32,000 bases of DNA from Staphylothermus marinus F1 (GTDB taxonomy: Archaea > Thermoproteota > Thermoprotei_A > Sulfolobales > Desulfurococcaceae). Under the pieces are notes generated by a model, which worked only from the letters and a program-made list of their open reading frames with translations, was not told the DNA's origin and ran no database searches. The stretch is taken from positions 840,001 to 872,000 of the forward strand of contig NC_009033.1 in assembly GCF_000015945.1 (NCBI RefSeq), in the 5' to 3' direction. Made by a program: the position numbers and the translations under genes. This document shows positions 7,449-17,108 of the stretch, piece by piece; position 1 is the first letter of the stretch, and each line of letters starts with the position of its first letter.

Positions 7449-8412
7449 TAAAGGACTAGTGTACGGTATATTAACACATAAAAATGCTGATCCAGACGCT
7501 GTTTCTTCGATGCTTATATTGAGAAATTTTCTCGTATCACTAAAAAATACTGTTTACCTTATTCTTCCCGAAGGATTAAATGCTGCCTCAAAGAATGTTT
7601 TAAACAATCTCGATATTAACATTGATTTTATCAATCCATACATTCTTCAATGGATGAACAATTTTATAGACATGTATATTATCGTAGATACTAGTAGCCC
7701 TATCCAATTAGGGCAGACAATAAATTATGTATATGAGAAACCCTATATTGTAATAGATCATCACCAGCCAGGCCAACTAATCAGAAATAGTATGATTAGT
7801 TTAAGCTATAGAGTTGTAAGTAATTGTGAACTAATATATCTGATGTTGAGAGATATTTGGTGGTTTAACCCATTAGAAGCAACTATATGTATAACTGGTA
7901 TTCTCTATGATTCACGAAGATTTGTATATATAGATAAGTACATTTTTGAAGTCATTGATGAACTTATCAATATCTATAATGGAAACTATGAAAAGGCATT
8001 CAATGCTCTCCAAAAAAGAATGGATATATCTGAAAGAATAGCTAGATTGAAGGGGGCTCAAAGACTCAGTATTAAACGTATTGGAGAATATATTGTTGCA
8101 ACAACACATGTTAGAGCTTTTGAGGGAAGCGTGGCTAGAGCAATCATTGATCTTGGAGCAGATATTGTATTTGTTGCTTCAAGCAATGAGAAGCTCCGGG
8201 TAGTTGGCCGAGCAACACATGATTTTGTTAAGAAAACAGGTATTAGCCTTGGCAAGGATATTATGCCGATCATAGGGAAAATGATAGGGGGAGGAGGCGG
8301 CGGCGGCCATGATACTGCAGGTGTTGCTGAAGGGACAGGTAAACCAAAGGATGTATTAAAAATAACACTAAATATTCTTGAAAGAATACTCCGGAAATTA
8401 AACAATAAATAA
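7378..8412 (+). CDS. DHH/DHHA1 family phosphoesterase (NrnA/RecJ-like)
   Basis: 344 aa with motifs HKNADPDAVSS, VDTSS, IDHHQ and GGGGGGGHDTAG (DHHA1 GGGH). It overlaps the preceding ORF by 71 nt. Confidence 0.8.
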   Translation: MKLEEFLKENLKNINKLRRFLLSNKGLVYGILTHKNADPDAVSSMLILRNFLVSLKNTVYLILPEGLNAASKNVLNNLDINIDFINPYILQWMNNFIDMYIIVDTSSPIQLGQTINYVYEKPYIVIDHHQPGQLIRNSMISLSYRVVSNCELIYLMLRDIWWFNPLEATICITGILYDSRRFVYIDKYIFEVIDELINIYNGNYEKAFNALQKRMDISERIARLKGAQRLSIKRIGEYIVATTHVRAFEGSVARAIIDLGADIVFVASSNEKLRVVGRATHDFVKKTGISLGKDIMPIIGKMIGGGGGGGHDTAGVAEGTGKPKDVLKITLNILERILRKLNNK

Positions 8413-8485
8413 GTTTTATAATACCTTAACCATATTTCCCTTATGAGAAGATAAATGTGGATTAACAATTATGTTTGGCTACATG

Positions 8486-8493
8486 TTTATAAG
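8486..8493 (+). promoter_or_regulatory. TATA box for the aEF-2 gene (near-leaderless transcript)
   Basis: TTTATAAG is centred about 22 nt upstream of ATG 8511. Confidence 0.35.
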
Positions 8494-8510
8494 ATAAGGG
8501 TTGATCAAAA

Positions 8511-10721
8511 ATGGTTCGATACAAGCAAACAATGGAAATACTTAAAATAATGAGAAATCTTGAACAAGTAAGAAACATAGGTATTACTGCTCACGTAGAC
8601 CACGGCAAAACAACATTATCTGACAGCTTATTGGCAGCAGCAGGTATAATTTCAGAGAAAATAGCAGGCGAAGCTCTAGCACTAGACTACCTAGATGTTG
8701 AGCAGAGAAGAGGAATAACAGTTAAGTCAGCAAACATTAGCCTATACCACGAATACAAGGGTAAACCATATGTTATCAACTTAATAGACACTCCTGGACA
8801 CGTAGATTTCTCCGCAAAAACAACTCGTGCAATGAGAGTAATTGATGGAGCAATCCTAGTTGTTGACGCTGTAGAAGGTGTTATGACTCAGACAGAAATG
8901 TATCTCAGAGCAGCACTTGAAGAACGTGTGAGACCAGTTTTATTCATAAACAAAGTAGATAGATTAATCAAAGAATTAAGATTATCACCACAAGAAATAC
9001 AGCAGAGATTTGTCCAGATAATTAAGGAAGTAAACCAATTAATAGCAATGTATGCTGATAAAGAATTCAAGACAAAATGGCAACTAGATCCTGCTAAGGG
9101 ACAAGTAGCTTTTGGATCAGCACGTGATAGATGGGGATTTACTGTTCCAATGGCTAAGCAGAAGGGTATAAAGTTCAGCGATATAGTTGATCTATATAAG
9201 AAGGGAAAAGAAGCCTTACCAGAACTACAGAAACTTGCTCCTCTACACGAAGCCGTTCTAGATATGGTTGTAAAGTTTATTCCTAACCCACGTGAAGCCC
9301 AGAAGTATAGATTGCCTAAGATATGGCATGGCGACCTAAACTCTGAAATCGGCAAGGCAATGCTGGAAACAGATCCTAATGGACCACTTGTTATGCTCGT
9401 AAACGATGTAAGGATCGATCCACATGCAGGATTAGTTGCTACAGGCAGAGTATTCTCTGGAACACTTCGTGCAGGAGAAGAAGTCTGGTTAGTGAACGCT
9501 AGAATGAAACAGAAAGTTCTACAAGTAAGCCTCTATATGGGACCTTATCGTGAATTAGCCGATGAAATAGTTGCTGGAAACATTGCAGCAGTGCTAGGAT
9601 TAGATAAGGCTCGTGCTGGAGAAACTGTTGTAGCTGTTGAGTACAAGGATATGATGACGCCCTTCGAAAAGCTTAGAATGATTAGTGAACCGGTAGTTAC
9701 TGTAGCTATAGAGCCTAAGAATCCACGTGATCTACCAAAGCTTATTGATGCACTCCATAAGCTGAGCATTGAGGATCCAAGTCTTGTTGTACGAATCAAT
9801 GAGGAAACAGGTGAATACCTACTAAGTGGTATGGGACCACTACATATTGAGATAGCCTTAACGTTTCTAAAAGAAAACTATGGATTAGATGTTATTGCTT
9901 CACAACCGATCATAGTGTATCGTGAAAGCATTCGTGATAAGAGCCGGGTATTTGAGGGTAAATCACCTAATAAGCATAACAAGCTATATATTAGTGTTGA
10001 GCCTTTAGATGAGAAAACAATATCGTTAATTCATGATGGAATTATAACTGAAGATATGGATCCTAAGCAGAGAGCTAAGGTTCTCAGAGAAGAAGCTGGA
10101 TGGCCCACTGATCAAGCTAGGCGTATATGGGCTATTGATGAAAACATCAATGTCTTCGTAGATTTAACTACTGGTGTACAGCATCTTAGAGAGGTTAAGG
10201 ATACAATTATTCAAGGATTCAGATTAGCAATGAGAGAAGGGCCACTAGCTATGGAGCCTGTTCGTGGAGTAAAGGTTATATTACATGATGCTATAATCCA
10301 TGAAGACCCGGCACACCGTGGTCCTGGACAAATATATCCCGCTGTTCGCAACGCTATATATGCTGGTATGTTAACTGCTAAGCCAACATTGTTAGAGCCT
10401 ATACAGAAACTAGATATTAAAGCACCTATGGAGTATCTTGGAAATATAACTACTATAATCACGAAGAAACGTGGTAAAATCCTGCAAGTCCTACAACAAG
10501 GCGCTGTTGCTAGAATAATTGCTGAGATACCAGTTGCTGAAACATTTGATCTTGCTGAGCAACTGCGTGGAGCAACAGCCGGCAAAGCGATATGGGGACA
10601 GGAATTCAGTAGGTGGGCGCCAGTTCCGGACTCAATGCTATTAGACCTTGTTAGGAAGATTAGAGAGCGTAAGGGATTAAAACCAGAGCCTCCGAGACCT
10701 GAGGACTTCATAGGTTTTTAA
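8511..10721 (+). CDS. fusA: Translation elongation factor 2 (aEF-2)
   Basis: 736 aa with GTPase motifs [14 protein letters not shown] and NKVD, and a diphthamide-loop [11 protein letters not shown]. Confidence 0.97.
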   Translation: MVRYKQTMEILKIMRNLEQVRNIGITAHVDHGKTTLSDSLLAAAGIISEKIAGEALALDYLDVEQRRGITVKSANISLYHEYKGKPYVINLIDTPGHVDFSAKTTRAMRVIDGAILVVDAVEGVMTQTEMYLRAALEERVRPVLFINKVDRLIKELRLSPQEIQQRFVQIIKEVNQLIAMYADKEFKTKWQLDPAKGQVAFGSARDRWGFTVPMAKQKGIKFSDIVDLYKKGKEALPELQKLAPLHEAVLDMVVKFIPNPREAQKYRLPKIWHGDLNSEIGKAMLETDPNGPLVMLVNDVRIDPHAGLVATGRVFSGTLRAGEEVWLVNARMKQKVLQVSLYMGPYRELADEIVAGNIAAVLGLDKARAGETVVAVEYKDMMTPFEKLRMISEPVVTVAIEPKNPRDLPKLIDALHKLSIEDPSLVVRINEETGEYLLSGMGPLHIEIALTFLKENYGLDVIASQPIIVYRESIRDKSRVFEGKSPNKHNKLYISVEPLDEKTISLIHDGIITEDMDPKQRAKVLREEAGWPTDQARRIWAIDENINVFVDLTTGVQHLREVKDTIIQGFRLAMREGPLAMEPVRGVKVILHDAIIHEDPAHRGPGQIYPAVRNAIYAGMLTAKPTLLEPIQKLDIKAPMEYLGNITTIITKKRGKILQVLQQGAVARIIAEIPVAETFDLAEQLRGATAGKAIWGQEFSRWAPVPDSMLLDLVRKIRERKGLKPEPPRPEDFIGF

Positions 10722-10831
10722 AGATTAAATAATTTCATCTTTTTGATAAACCATTGTATTTTGTTTATAGTTATTCATAGTTTGAATTCTCGTTTCATAA
10801 AAGACGTTTATTTTCGAGAACAATTATTGGT

Positions 10832-11116
10832 TTAGTATGTGGTTTCATTTACCTTACCGGCTATTCTATCTATTATTTTATACTTATTGTTTCTCTCATT
10901 TAATAGCATATATACTCCTTCACTCCATTTAACAGCGTAGCCTAGTCGGGCAAGGTTTACCATTATTTTTCCCGCTGTTTTAGGGCTGATCCCGAGCTCA
11001 TAAGCTATTTCGTGTACACGGATAAATCGGCGGCCAGATTCTCTTAAACGCATAGCAAGTAGTCTCAAATCAATAGTGACTGTAACAGTATATTTTTCCG
11101 CCAATATATCACCCAT
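10832..11116 (-). CDS. Small putative winged-helix DNA-binding protein
   Basis: 94-aa ORF with an HTH-like segment (IRVHEIAYELGISPKTAGKIMVNLARLGYAV). I recognise no specific family. Confidence 0.45.
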   Translation of the reverse strand: MGDILAEKYTVTVTIDLRLLAMRLRESGRRFIRVHEIAYELGISPKTAGKIMVNLARLGYAVKWSEGVYMLLNERNNKYKIIDRIAGKVNETTY

Positions 11117-11174
11117 TAAATCCTAAAGTGTGCTTATAAGTAAGTGAGGGATAATCGAAACTAACCAGGTATAC

Positions 11175-11229
11175 TCAGCACCAAGGAACTTCTTCACACC
11201 ATGCTCCGAACGGAGCCGATGCTCATCAT
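11175..11229 (-). ncRNA. Weak candidate C/D-box sRNA
   Basis: Minus-strand reading. C box ATGATGA (comp. 11223-11229); C'-like GTGAAGA; 12-nt spacer AGTTCCTTGGTG; D box CTGA (comp. 11175-11178); 55 nt in total. There is no convincing D' box, an internal GCTCC-GTTC-GGAGC hairpin is present, and there is no terminal stem. Confidence 0.3.
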
Positions 11230-11282
11230 CGCATCAAAGATAAGAATTATTAAACTCCATGCTATAAATCCTATGATAGGGT

Positions 11283-11387
11283 GCCGGGGTAGCTCAGCCT
11301 GGTAGAGCGCCGGGCTGTTAACCCACGGGTTCGAAGAATAGCCTGGCAGACACCCGGTGGTCCGGGGTTCAAATCCCCGCCCCGGCG
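11283..11387 (+). tRNA. tRNA-Asn(GUU) with a 31-nt intron at position 37/38 (11321-11351)
   Basis: Acceptor GCCGGGG/CCCCGGC. D arm GCTC-AGCCTGGTA-GAGC. Anticodon stem CCGGG/CCCGG with loop CTGTTA|intron|A. T arm CGGGGTTCAAATCCCCG. No encoded CCA. Confidence 0.9.
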
Positions 11388-11406
11388 CTCTCTCCTATTT
11401 TAATAA

Positions 11407-11433
11407 GATAATCTTTGGATAATCTTTATAATC
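11407..11433. repeat. Short direct repeats: GATAATCTTT twice with 11-bp period, plus a third ATAATC
   Basis: GATAATCTTT occurs at 11407-11416 and 11418-11427, followed by ATAATC at 11428-11433. This is 20 nt downstream of tRNA-Asn and about 85 nt upstream of the next gene. Confidence 0.5.
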
Positions 11434-11515
11434 CATTTAACGAAAAACTTACACAAACGATATTTTGACTATATGATGAGAAAACCTAAGCTTATATAAT
11501 GGGTGTTCTCCCAAA

Positions 11516-12199
11516 ATGAAAATTCTAAAACATCCTAACTTAGTCATAACAGTATTAAAAGGAATATATCTATTAGCAATAATTACTATTATAGTATCTC
11601 TTATCATACCCGTATCTATGAATGCATCAATTCCAAGCTATAAGAAGAACTTTAAACAGTCTGGAGACGAGTTTGGGATACTGATCTTGTCTCCAGAGGA
11701 TCGTTCAACAGTATACCTAAAACCAGGCGAACCCCTAGTATTTCGTGTAGCAATACCTGCAGACATAGGAGTTAGAAAAGTCACCCTTATCTTATGTGGA
11801 AAACCATACGAGATGAGTCTCGCAGAGACTTGGGGAAACGATACATTAGTGTATGAAGCCAGAGTAACACTACCTCCAAAAAACGATCTATACTCGTGGA
11901 AAATATTGATAGTAACAAATAGAGGTAGCTTAGAATCATGCACACAGAAAACAATGGTAATTTTTAATTCTAATAATACGGAAACCACACAAAATTACCT
12001 AGTAGGAAACGAAAAGAATTACACTACACAAAGCACAAGTCAGCTTTTCCAAAATACAACTACGGTACCAAATACGAATAATACAATACAACAAGGAGAA
12101 GATACTAGTATTGGGAACAACTCACTAATATTCCCTATAACATTAGTGATTGTTACAACCTCAATAATAGCAACAGTGATTTTAAAGAGAAACCAATAA
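11516..12199 (+). CDS. Putative cell-surface glycoprotein: N-terminal signal/anchor, beta-rich domain, Asn/Thr-rich stalk, C-terminal TM anchor
   Basis: 227 aa with a hydrophobic N-terminus (LVITVLKGIYLLAIITIIVSLII). It carries many N-x-S/T sequons (NAS, NDT, NNT, NYT, NTT, NNT, NNS). The C-terminal TM segment (LIFPITLVIVTTSIIATVIL) is followed by KRNQ. TTATATAA lies about 20 nt upstream of the ATG. Confidence 0.5.
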   Translation: MKILKHPNLVITVLKGIYLLAIITIIVSLIIPVSMNASIPSYKKNFKQSGDEFGILILSPEDRSTVYLKPGEPLVFRVAIPADIGVRKVTLILCGKPYEMSLAETWGNDTLVYEARVTLPPKNDLYSWKILIVTNRGSLESCTQKTMVIFNSNNTETTQNYLVGNEKNYTTQSTSQLFQNTTTVPNTNNTIQQGEDTSIGNNSLIFPITLVIVTTSIIATVILKRNQ

Positions 12200-12424
12200 T
12201 TTTAACACAAATAAATATTTTTATTTATGGCACAGAATACTATATCAACTCAGCCAACACGTTTAAACAGAAGAGGTTATATCATGACAAATTTATAGAG
12301 CCAAATTTCCCAAACCAATATCTTAGACATGTTATGTTATGGATAGTTTTATTATCCCAACAATGTTATCTCCAATATTATGATTAATCCTATAAGCTAT
12401 GAACAGAGCAGATGGTGAAGCAGT

Positions 12425-12634
12425 ATGGCTCCGATAGAAGTATTTGATAGAGAAGAGTTTAAGAAATATGTGAGTCTAGCTATTGAGTGTCGTGTTTATC
12501 GAGATGAAAAGAAGGGTATAGCTAAAGTAAAAGCTAGAACCAAAAGTAAACTGGTGACAATAAAGATTCCCTTAAACGAACTAGATGATTTTCTTAAAGA
12601 ATTAAACTGTGAAAATATCGTTGAGATAACATAG
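12425..12634 (+). CDS. rpl38e: Ribosomal protein L38e (eL38)
   Basis: 69 aa. MAPIEVFDREEFKKYV...KVKARTKSKLVTIKIPLNELDDFLKEL is collinear with eukaryotic RPL38 as I recall it (MPRKIEEIKDFLL...[28 protein letters not shown]). Confidence 0.65.
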   Translation: MAPIEVFDREEFKKYVSLAIECRVYRDEKKGIAKVKARTKSKLVTIKIPLNELDDFLKELNCENIVEIT

Positions 12635-12641
12635 TTATGTT

Positions 12642-13925
12642 TTAGCTAGTCAATTCTATTTTATCACCGTTAAGCGGTACATTTATGTTTATATCGTTGC
12701 CTAGAAATTCAACTGCCATCGATGCTAAATTAGAGGCCGAATCAGGTTCTCCATGGACAATAATAATGTTCTTTAATGTATTTTTGTATCTTTGTATAAT
12801 ACTTATTAATCCATCCTTACCTGCATGGCTTGATAGATCAAACCATTCAAGTCTAGCCTTAATTGGTTCATCCAAACCAAATTCTTCATAGATTCCTCTC
12901 TCGAGAATTATGTGTCCGGGACTATTGGGTGCTTGGTAACTTACGAGGAAAACTGCGTTCTTAGGCTCATTAGCTATTTTCTTTAAATAATAAACACTTG
13001 GACCGCCTTTGAGCATTCCAGCACTAGATATTATTACGCCGGGTTTCTTCCAAGCTTTTCTTCTATCCTGCCATCCACGAATGAAAAATGTGTTTTGAAC
13101 TGCTTTCTCAAATAAGGAAGGGTCTCTTAGGAAGCTCTTATGTCTTAAATAAATATTGGTTATTTCTCTGGACATACCATCTAAATATACATCTAGATGA
13201 GGTAGTTCTGCTTGTACTAAACACATAACTTCCTGGCTCCTCCCAACACTGAAGGCAGGTATTAATACTGTCCCGCCTGAATCTGTTACTTCCTCAATAG
13301 CATCTACTAGTCTTTTCTCAGTATAGTGTCTTGGAGGATGCTTTGTTGATCCATAGGTTGACTCTATTATTAAAGTATCAATTTTCAAAGGCCACAGTTC
13401 AGCTCTAGACAATGTCCATGTCTGGATAGTGTTTACGTCTCCTGTATATAGTATTCTATGACCACTAGGAGTTTCAAGATATATCATAGCACTTCCGAGA
13501 ATGTGTCCAGCACTAGTAACTATTATTTTAAAACCATCATTCTCAACTTCAACACCATACTCTAGAAAATGCGCATTGCTAGCCATTACTTCAAATTCTT
13601 CAATGCTATAATCTATATAGTAAGCATTCAGCTTTAAGAAATCACTAATTAAAAGCTTCCCTATTTCTAGTGTAGGCTTCGTAACAAATACTCGGGGCTT
13701 CCCCGTTATATATAGTAGTGGTGCAGCTCCTATATGGTCTAAATGGGCATGTGTAATAGCTAATCCACTAAGCTCGATTGGCCTAACATGTAATGGAAAC
13801 TGCGGATGATCCTCCTCGTCGAAGTTAACCCCATAGTCTAATAAGAACTTCTTGTTATTATCCACAACAAGATATGCTGCTCTACCAACCTCGTTACCGC
13901 CGCCTAGAATTTCCACATGAACCAT
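12642..13925 (-). CDS. Beta-CASP metallo-beta-lactamase ribonuclease (aCPSF2-type)
   Basis: 427 aa with the MBL motif HAHLDHIGA and a downstream beta-CASP region including LSSHAGKDGL. The size fits the short archaeal CPSF group, which lacks KH domains. Confidence 0.8.
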   Translation of the reverse strand: MVHVEILGGGNEVGRAAYLVVDNNKKFLLDYGVNFDEEDHPQFPLHVRPIELSGLAITHAHLDHIGAAPLLYITGKPRVFVTKPTLEIGKLLISDFLKLNAYYIDYSIEEFEVMASNAHFLEYGVEVENDGFKIIVTSAGHILGSAMIYLETPSGHRILYTGDVNTIQTWTLSRAELWPLKIDTLIIESTYGSTKHPPRHYTEKRLVDAIEEVTDSGGTVLIPAFSVGRSQEVMCLVQAELPHLDVYLDGMSREITNIYLRHKSFLRDPSLFEKAVQNTFFIRGWQDRRKAWKKPGVIISSAGMLKGGPSVYYLKKIANEPKNAVFLVSYQAPNSPGHIILERGIYEEFGLDEPIKARLEWFDLSSHAGKDGLISIIQRYKNTLKNIIIVHGEPDSASNLASMAVEFLGNDININVPLNGDKIELTS

Positions 13926-14079
13926 TTAATTCACCTAAGTATTCATAATCGCTGGAACAATAAAATATCACACCATAGTCAAAAGATAAAATATTGGTAT
14001 ACCAAGTTATATATCCTGCATATCCTTATCAAATACATATGGGGTGGAATAAGTACTTCTAGAAACGAGGCGGAAACAT

Positions 14080-14439
14080 ATGTTTCCCGGGATTAGTCCT
14101 AGAGACTTAAAGAGAATGTTGAAGAGAATGGGCATTAAAGTAGAAGAGTTATCTGATGTAAGAGAAGTAAACATTTTGCTTAAAGACAAAAAGATCGTGA
14201 TAAGTTCGCCACAAATAGTTGTTATGAAAACAGGTGAGCAAACAATATATCAAATAATTGGTATACCTAGAGAGGAAGCTTTAGAGGAGAGCAAAGAGGA
14301 AGAAATAGAGGTCTCGGAAGAAGACATAGAATTTATTGTTTCACAAACAGGAGTAAGTAAAGAGGAGGCTAGGAAAGCACTAATTAGAACTGGAGGCGAC
14401 ATAGCAGAGGCAATACTACTCCTTCAGGGAGAAAAGTAA
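14080..14439 (+). CDS. nac: Nascent polypeptide-associated complex protein (NAC domain + UBA)
   Basis: 119 aa with NAC-domain sequence (LKRMGIKVEELSDVREVNILLKDKKIVI) and a C-terminal UBA (VSKEEARKALIRTGGDIAEAILLL). Confidence 0.9.
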   Translation: MFPGISPRDLKRMLKRMGIKVEELSDVREVNILLKDKKIVISSPQIVVMKTGEQTIYQIIGIPREEALEESKEEEIEVSEEDIEFIVSQTGVSKEEARKALIRTGGDIAEAILLLQGEK

Positions 14440-14465
14440 ATCTGAAAAATAGGAGGATACGAATA

Positions 14466-17033
14466 TTGAAGTATAATATTATCGGCGACGTTTATAGGTT
14501 ATATGATGTAAACAAAGTAGACTTTATAGATAAACCAGCATATCTATTAGGAGTTTACTATGATGGAACATTAGGGAAAGCAGTCATAGAGTTCTTGGAT
14601 GAGAAAGGAGAAAAAATATTATTTCTAACAGATCCCACAGGTCATAAACCATATTTCCTAACAAACGAGCCACCCGAAAAAATCAAGGAGAATAAAAAGA
14701 TAGTTGAGCATCACAGTTTTGATGGAATAGAAGTTGTTACAAAAATAGATCCTTTTACATTTAAAGAATTACGTTTAACAAAAATAATTACAAAAGATCC
14801 CCTAGCAGTTGCGAAACTAAGAGAACTTGTACCAAAAGCATGGGAGGCAAAGATAAAATATCATGATAACTATATCTATGATAACGCCCTCATACCTGGT
14901 ATGAAATATAAACTAGTAAGACATGGTACTAAGTTCAACTATAAATTAATCACACCAAAAATAAGTAGTGATATAATAAACAAGGTTAAAGAAATACTCC
15001 GAGCCGAACAAGCTGAAACAAAAAAACTAGCCGAAGAATGGATACCTTTATTCGAGGAAAAACCTCCAAAAGCCAAAAGAATAGCCATCGATATAGAAGT
15101 ATATACACCATTCAAAGGCAGAGTACCCAATCCCAGTCTCGCAGAATACCCTATAATAAGTATCGCACTTGTAGGAACAGACAACTATAGACGAGTACTG
15201 GTATTAGCAAGAGAAACTATGTGGGGAGAACTATCTGAAGAATACCCTCATAATGCAGAAATAGAGATATTTGATAGTGAAGAAGCACTCATCCTTGAAG
15301 CTATAAGGGTTATGACAAAATATCCTATAGTAGTAACTTTTAATGGTGACAACTTCGACTTACCATATATTTTCCATAGAGCACTAAGAATAGGCATACC
15401 TAAAGAATACTTACCAATTCATTTCGGAGAAGACATAGTTAGACTTGAAACAAGTATACATATTGACTTATATAAGTTCTTCAAGAACAGAGCAATAAAA
15501 AGCTACGCATTCGGCGGAAAATATCAAGAAGAAAATCTAGATGCAATAGCTACTGCATTACTGGGAATATCCAAGATAGGCGTAGAAGGAAACATTGGTG
15601 AGCTAAGTTTAGCAAACCTGGTAGCATACAACTATAGAGACGCAGAAATAACTTTAATGCTTACATTGTTTAATAATGAACTTGTATGGAGATTAATGAT
15701 CCTACTTGCACGTATAGCTAAAGTAAGCATAGAAGACATATGTAGGAAAAGCATATCCAAATGGATACAAAACCTATTCTACTGGATACATAGAAAACTA
15801 AATTACTTGATTCCCGAACCAGAAGATATTAGAAAATATGGTAAACCAAGTACTACACAAGCAACTATTGAAGGCAAGAAATATGCTGGAGCATTAGTTA
15901 TTGAGCCTCCTAAAGGAGTATTTTTCAAAGTAACAGTTCTAGATGTTGCATCTCTATATCCAAGTATTATTAAAAAATACAATTTAAGCTATGAAACAGT
16001 AGATAAGCCAAATTGTAAAAGTAAAATAGACATATTAGATGAAACAGGAAAGAAAATACATCATGTATGCATCGATAAACCTGGATTATCAGCACAAATA
16101 ACAGGTTTGATAAGAGACTTCCGTGTAGGAATATATAAGAAAAAAGCTAAGTCAAAAGAAATACCTATAGAAATGCGTGCATGGTATGATGTCGTTCAAA
16201 AAGCTATGAAAGTATTTATTAATGCAAGCTATGGAGTATTTGGAGCAGAGAACTTCCCATTATACTCACCAGCAGTAGCTGAAAGCGTAACAGCTCTTGG
16301 CAGAAAATCGCTTTATTCCATTCTCAAAAAATCAGCTGAGATAGGGATGAAAGTGGTTTATGGAGATACCGACTCAATATTTCTATGGGCTCCAACAAAT
16401 GAGCAATTAACAAAACTACAAGAATGGGTCTCTAAGAACCTTGGATTGGAAATTGAGGTTGATAAAGAATTTGTATATGTCTTATTCACGGGATTAAAGA
16501 AAAACTATATTGGAAGATATGTTAATGGAGGAATAGAGATTAAAGGACTCATGGCTAAGAAAAGAAATACACCTGAGTTTCTAAAACAATTATTTATAGA
16601 GTTAATTGAAAAACTTAAAGCAATGAGTACACCAGAGGATTTCAAAGAGTTCCAAGAATGGTTGGAGAACGAAGTTAAGAGACTCTATAGAGAACTGAAA
16701 AAGAAAGAAATAACACTTGATCAACTGGCATTTAAAGTAGGATTAACTAAAAGTCTTAACGAATATACAAAGAATAAACCACCACATGTAAAAGCCGCAT
16801 TACAGCTGAAAACCTATGGTTATACTGTAGAAGAAGGAGATATTATAACGTTTGTGAAAATAAAAGGTAGAGAAGGATATAAAGCAATACAATTGGCTAA
16901 ACTCTACGAAGTAGATCCTGATAAATATATCGAGATAATCAATAGTGCATTAAGCCAACTATTAGAAGCACTAGGTGTAGAATGGAGCGATATTGTTGGA
17001 GGAACAACTTTAGGTGAATTATTGATTTCATGA
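14466..17033 (+). CDS. Family B DNA polymerase, PolB1 (Sulfolobus Dpo1-like)
   Basis: 855 aa. Exonuclease motifs: IAIDIEVYT, FNGDNFDLPY, YNYRDAEITL. Polymerase motifs: DVASLYPSII, KVFINASYGV, VYGDTDSIF. It shows long collinear similarity to Dpo1 as recalled (TGHKPYFL, KIDPFTF..LTKI..DPLAV). TTG start with GGAGG 9 nt upstream. Confidence 0.93.
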   Translation: MKYNIIGDVYRLYDVNKVDFIDKPAYLLGVYYDGTLGKAVIEFLDEKGEKILFLTDPTGHKPYFLTNEPPEKIKENKKIVEHHSFDGIEVVTKIDPFTFKELRLTKIITKDPLAVAKLRELVPKAWEAKIKYHDNYIYDNALIPGMKYKLVRHGTKFNYKLITPKISSDIINKVKEILRAEQAETKKLAEEWIPLFEEKPPKAKRIAIDIEVYTPFKGRVPNPSLAEYPIISIALVGTDNYRRVLVLARETMWGELSEEYPHNAEIEIFDSEEALILEAIRVMTKYPIVVTFNGDNFDLPYIFHRALRIGIPKEYLPIHFGEDIVRLETSIHIDLYKFFKNRAIKSYAFGGKYQEENLDAIATALLGISKIGVEGNIGELSLANLVAYNYRDAEITLMLTLFNNELVWRLMILLARIAKVSIEDICRKSISKWIQNLFYWIHRKLNYLIPEPEDIRKYGKPSTTQATIEGKKYAGALVIEPPKGVFFKVTVLDVASLYPSIIKKYNLSYETVDKPNCKSKIDILDETGKKIHHVCIDKPGLSAQITGLIRDFRVGIYKKKAKSKEIPIEMRAWYDVVQKAMKVFINASYGVFGAENFPLYSPAVAESVTALGRKSLYSILKKSAEIGMKVVYGDTDSIFLWAPTNEQLTKLQEWVSKNLGLEIEVDKEFVYVLFTGLKKNYIGRYVNGGIEIKGLMAKKRNTPEFLKQLFIELIEKLKAMSTPEDFKEFQEWLENEVKRLYRELKKKEITLDQLAFKVGLTKSLNEYTKNKPPHVKAALQLKTYGYTVEEGDIITFVKIKGREGYKAIQLAKLYEVDPDKYIEIINSALSQLLEALGVEWSDIVGGTTLGELLIS

Positions 17034-17108
17034 TCAACATAATATTTTATAATGCTTTATCCAATTCAAACATATAGCTAGACATTTTCGTTGAGAAGGT
17101 GTATTAAT

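Noticed and set aside
8281-8304. GGN-rich simple repeat (GGGGGAGGAGGCGGCGGCGGC)
   Set aside because: It encodes the glycine run of the DHHA1 GGGH motif and is not a repeat element.
8058-8468. 136-aa minus-strand ORF containing a poly-Pro run
   Set aside because: It is antisense to the DHH gene. The PPPPPPP run is simply the complement of the GGGGGGG(H) DHHA1 motif.
9651-9700. ATGATGA ... ATGATTA pair with 12-nt spacers inside the aEF-2 gene
   Set aside because: There is no CTGA D box at the required position, and it lies inside a highly conserved CDS. Coincidental.
10722-12424. Possible integrated element at tRNA-Asn (small wHTH gene, lineage-specific surface protein, direct repeats)
   Set aside because: There is no integrase or partitioned int fragment, no duplicated copy of the tRNA 3' segment, and no viral or plasmid gene. 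The evidence is insufficient.
12200-12424. 225-nt intergenic spacer upstream of eL38, examined for an ncRNA or small ORF
   Set aside because: It is uniformly AT-rich with no GC-rich helices, which are expected for a stable RNA in a hyperthermophile. It contains only a 23-codon ORF without features, plus an AT-only inverted repeat with a T-run consistent with a terminator.
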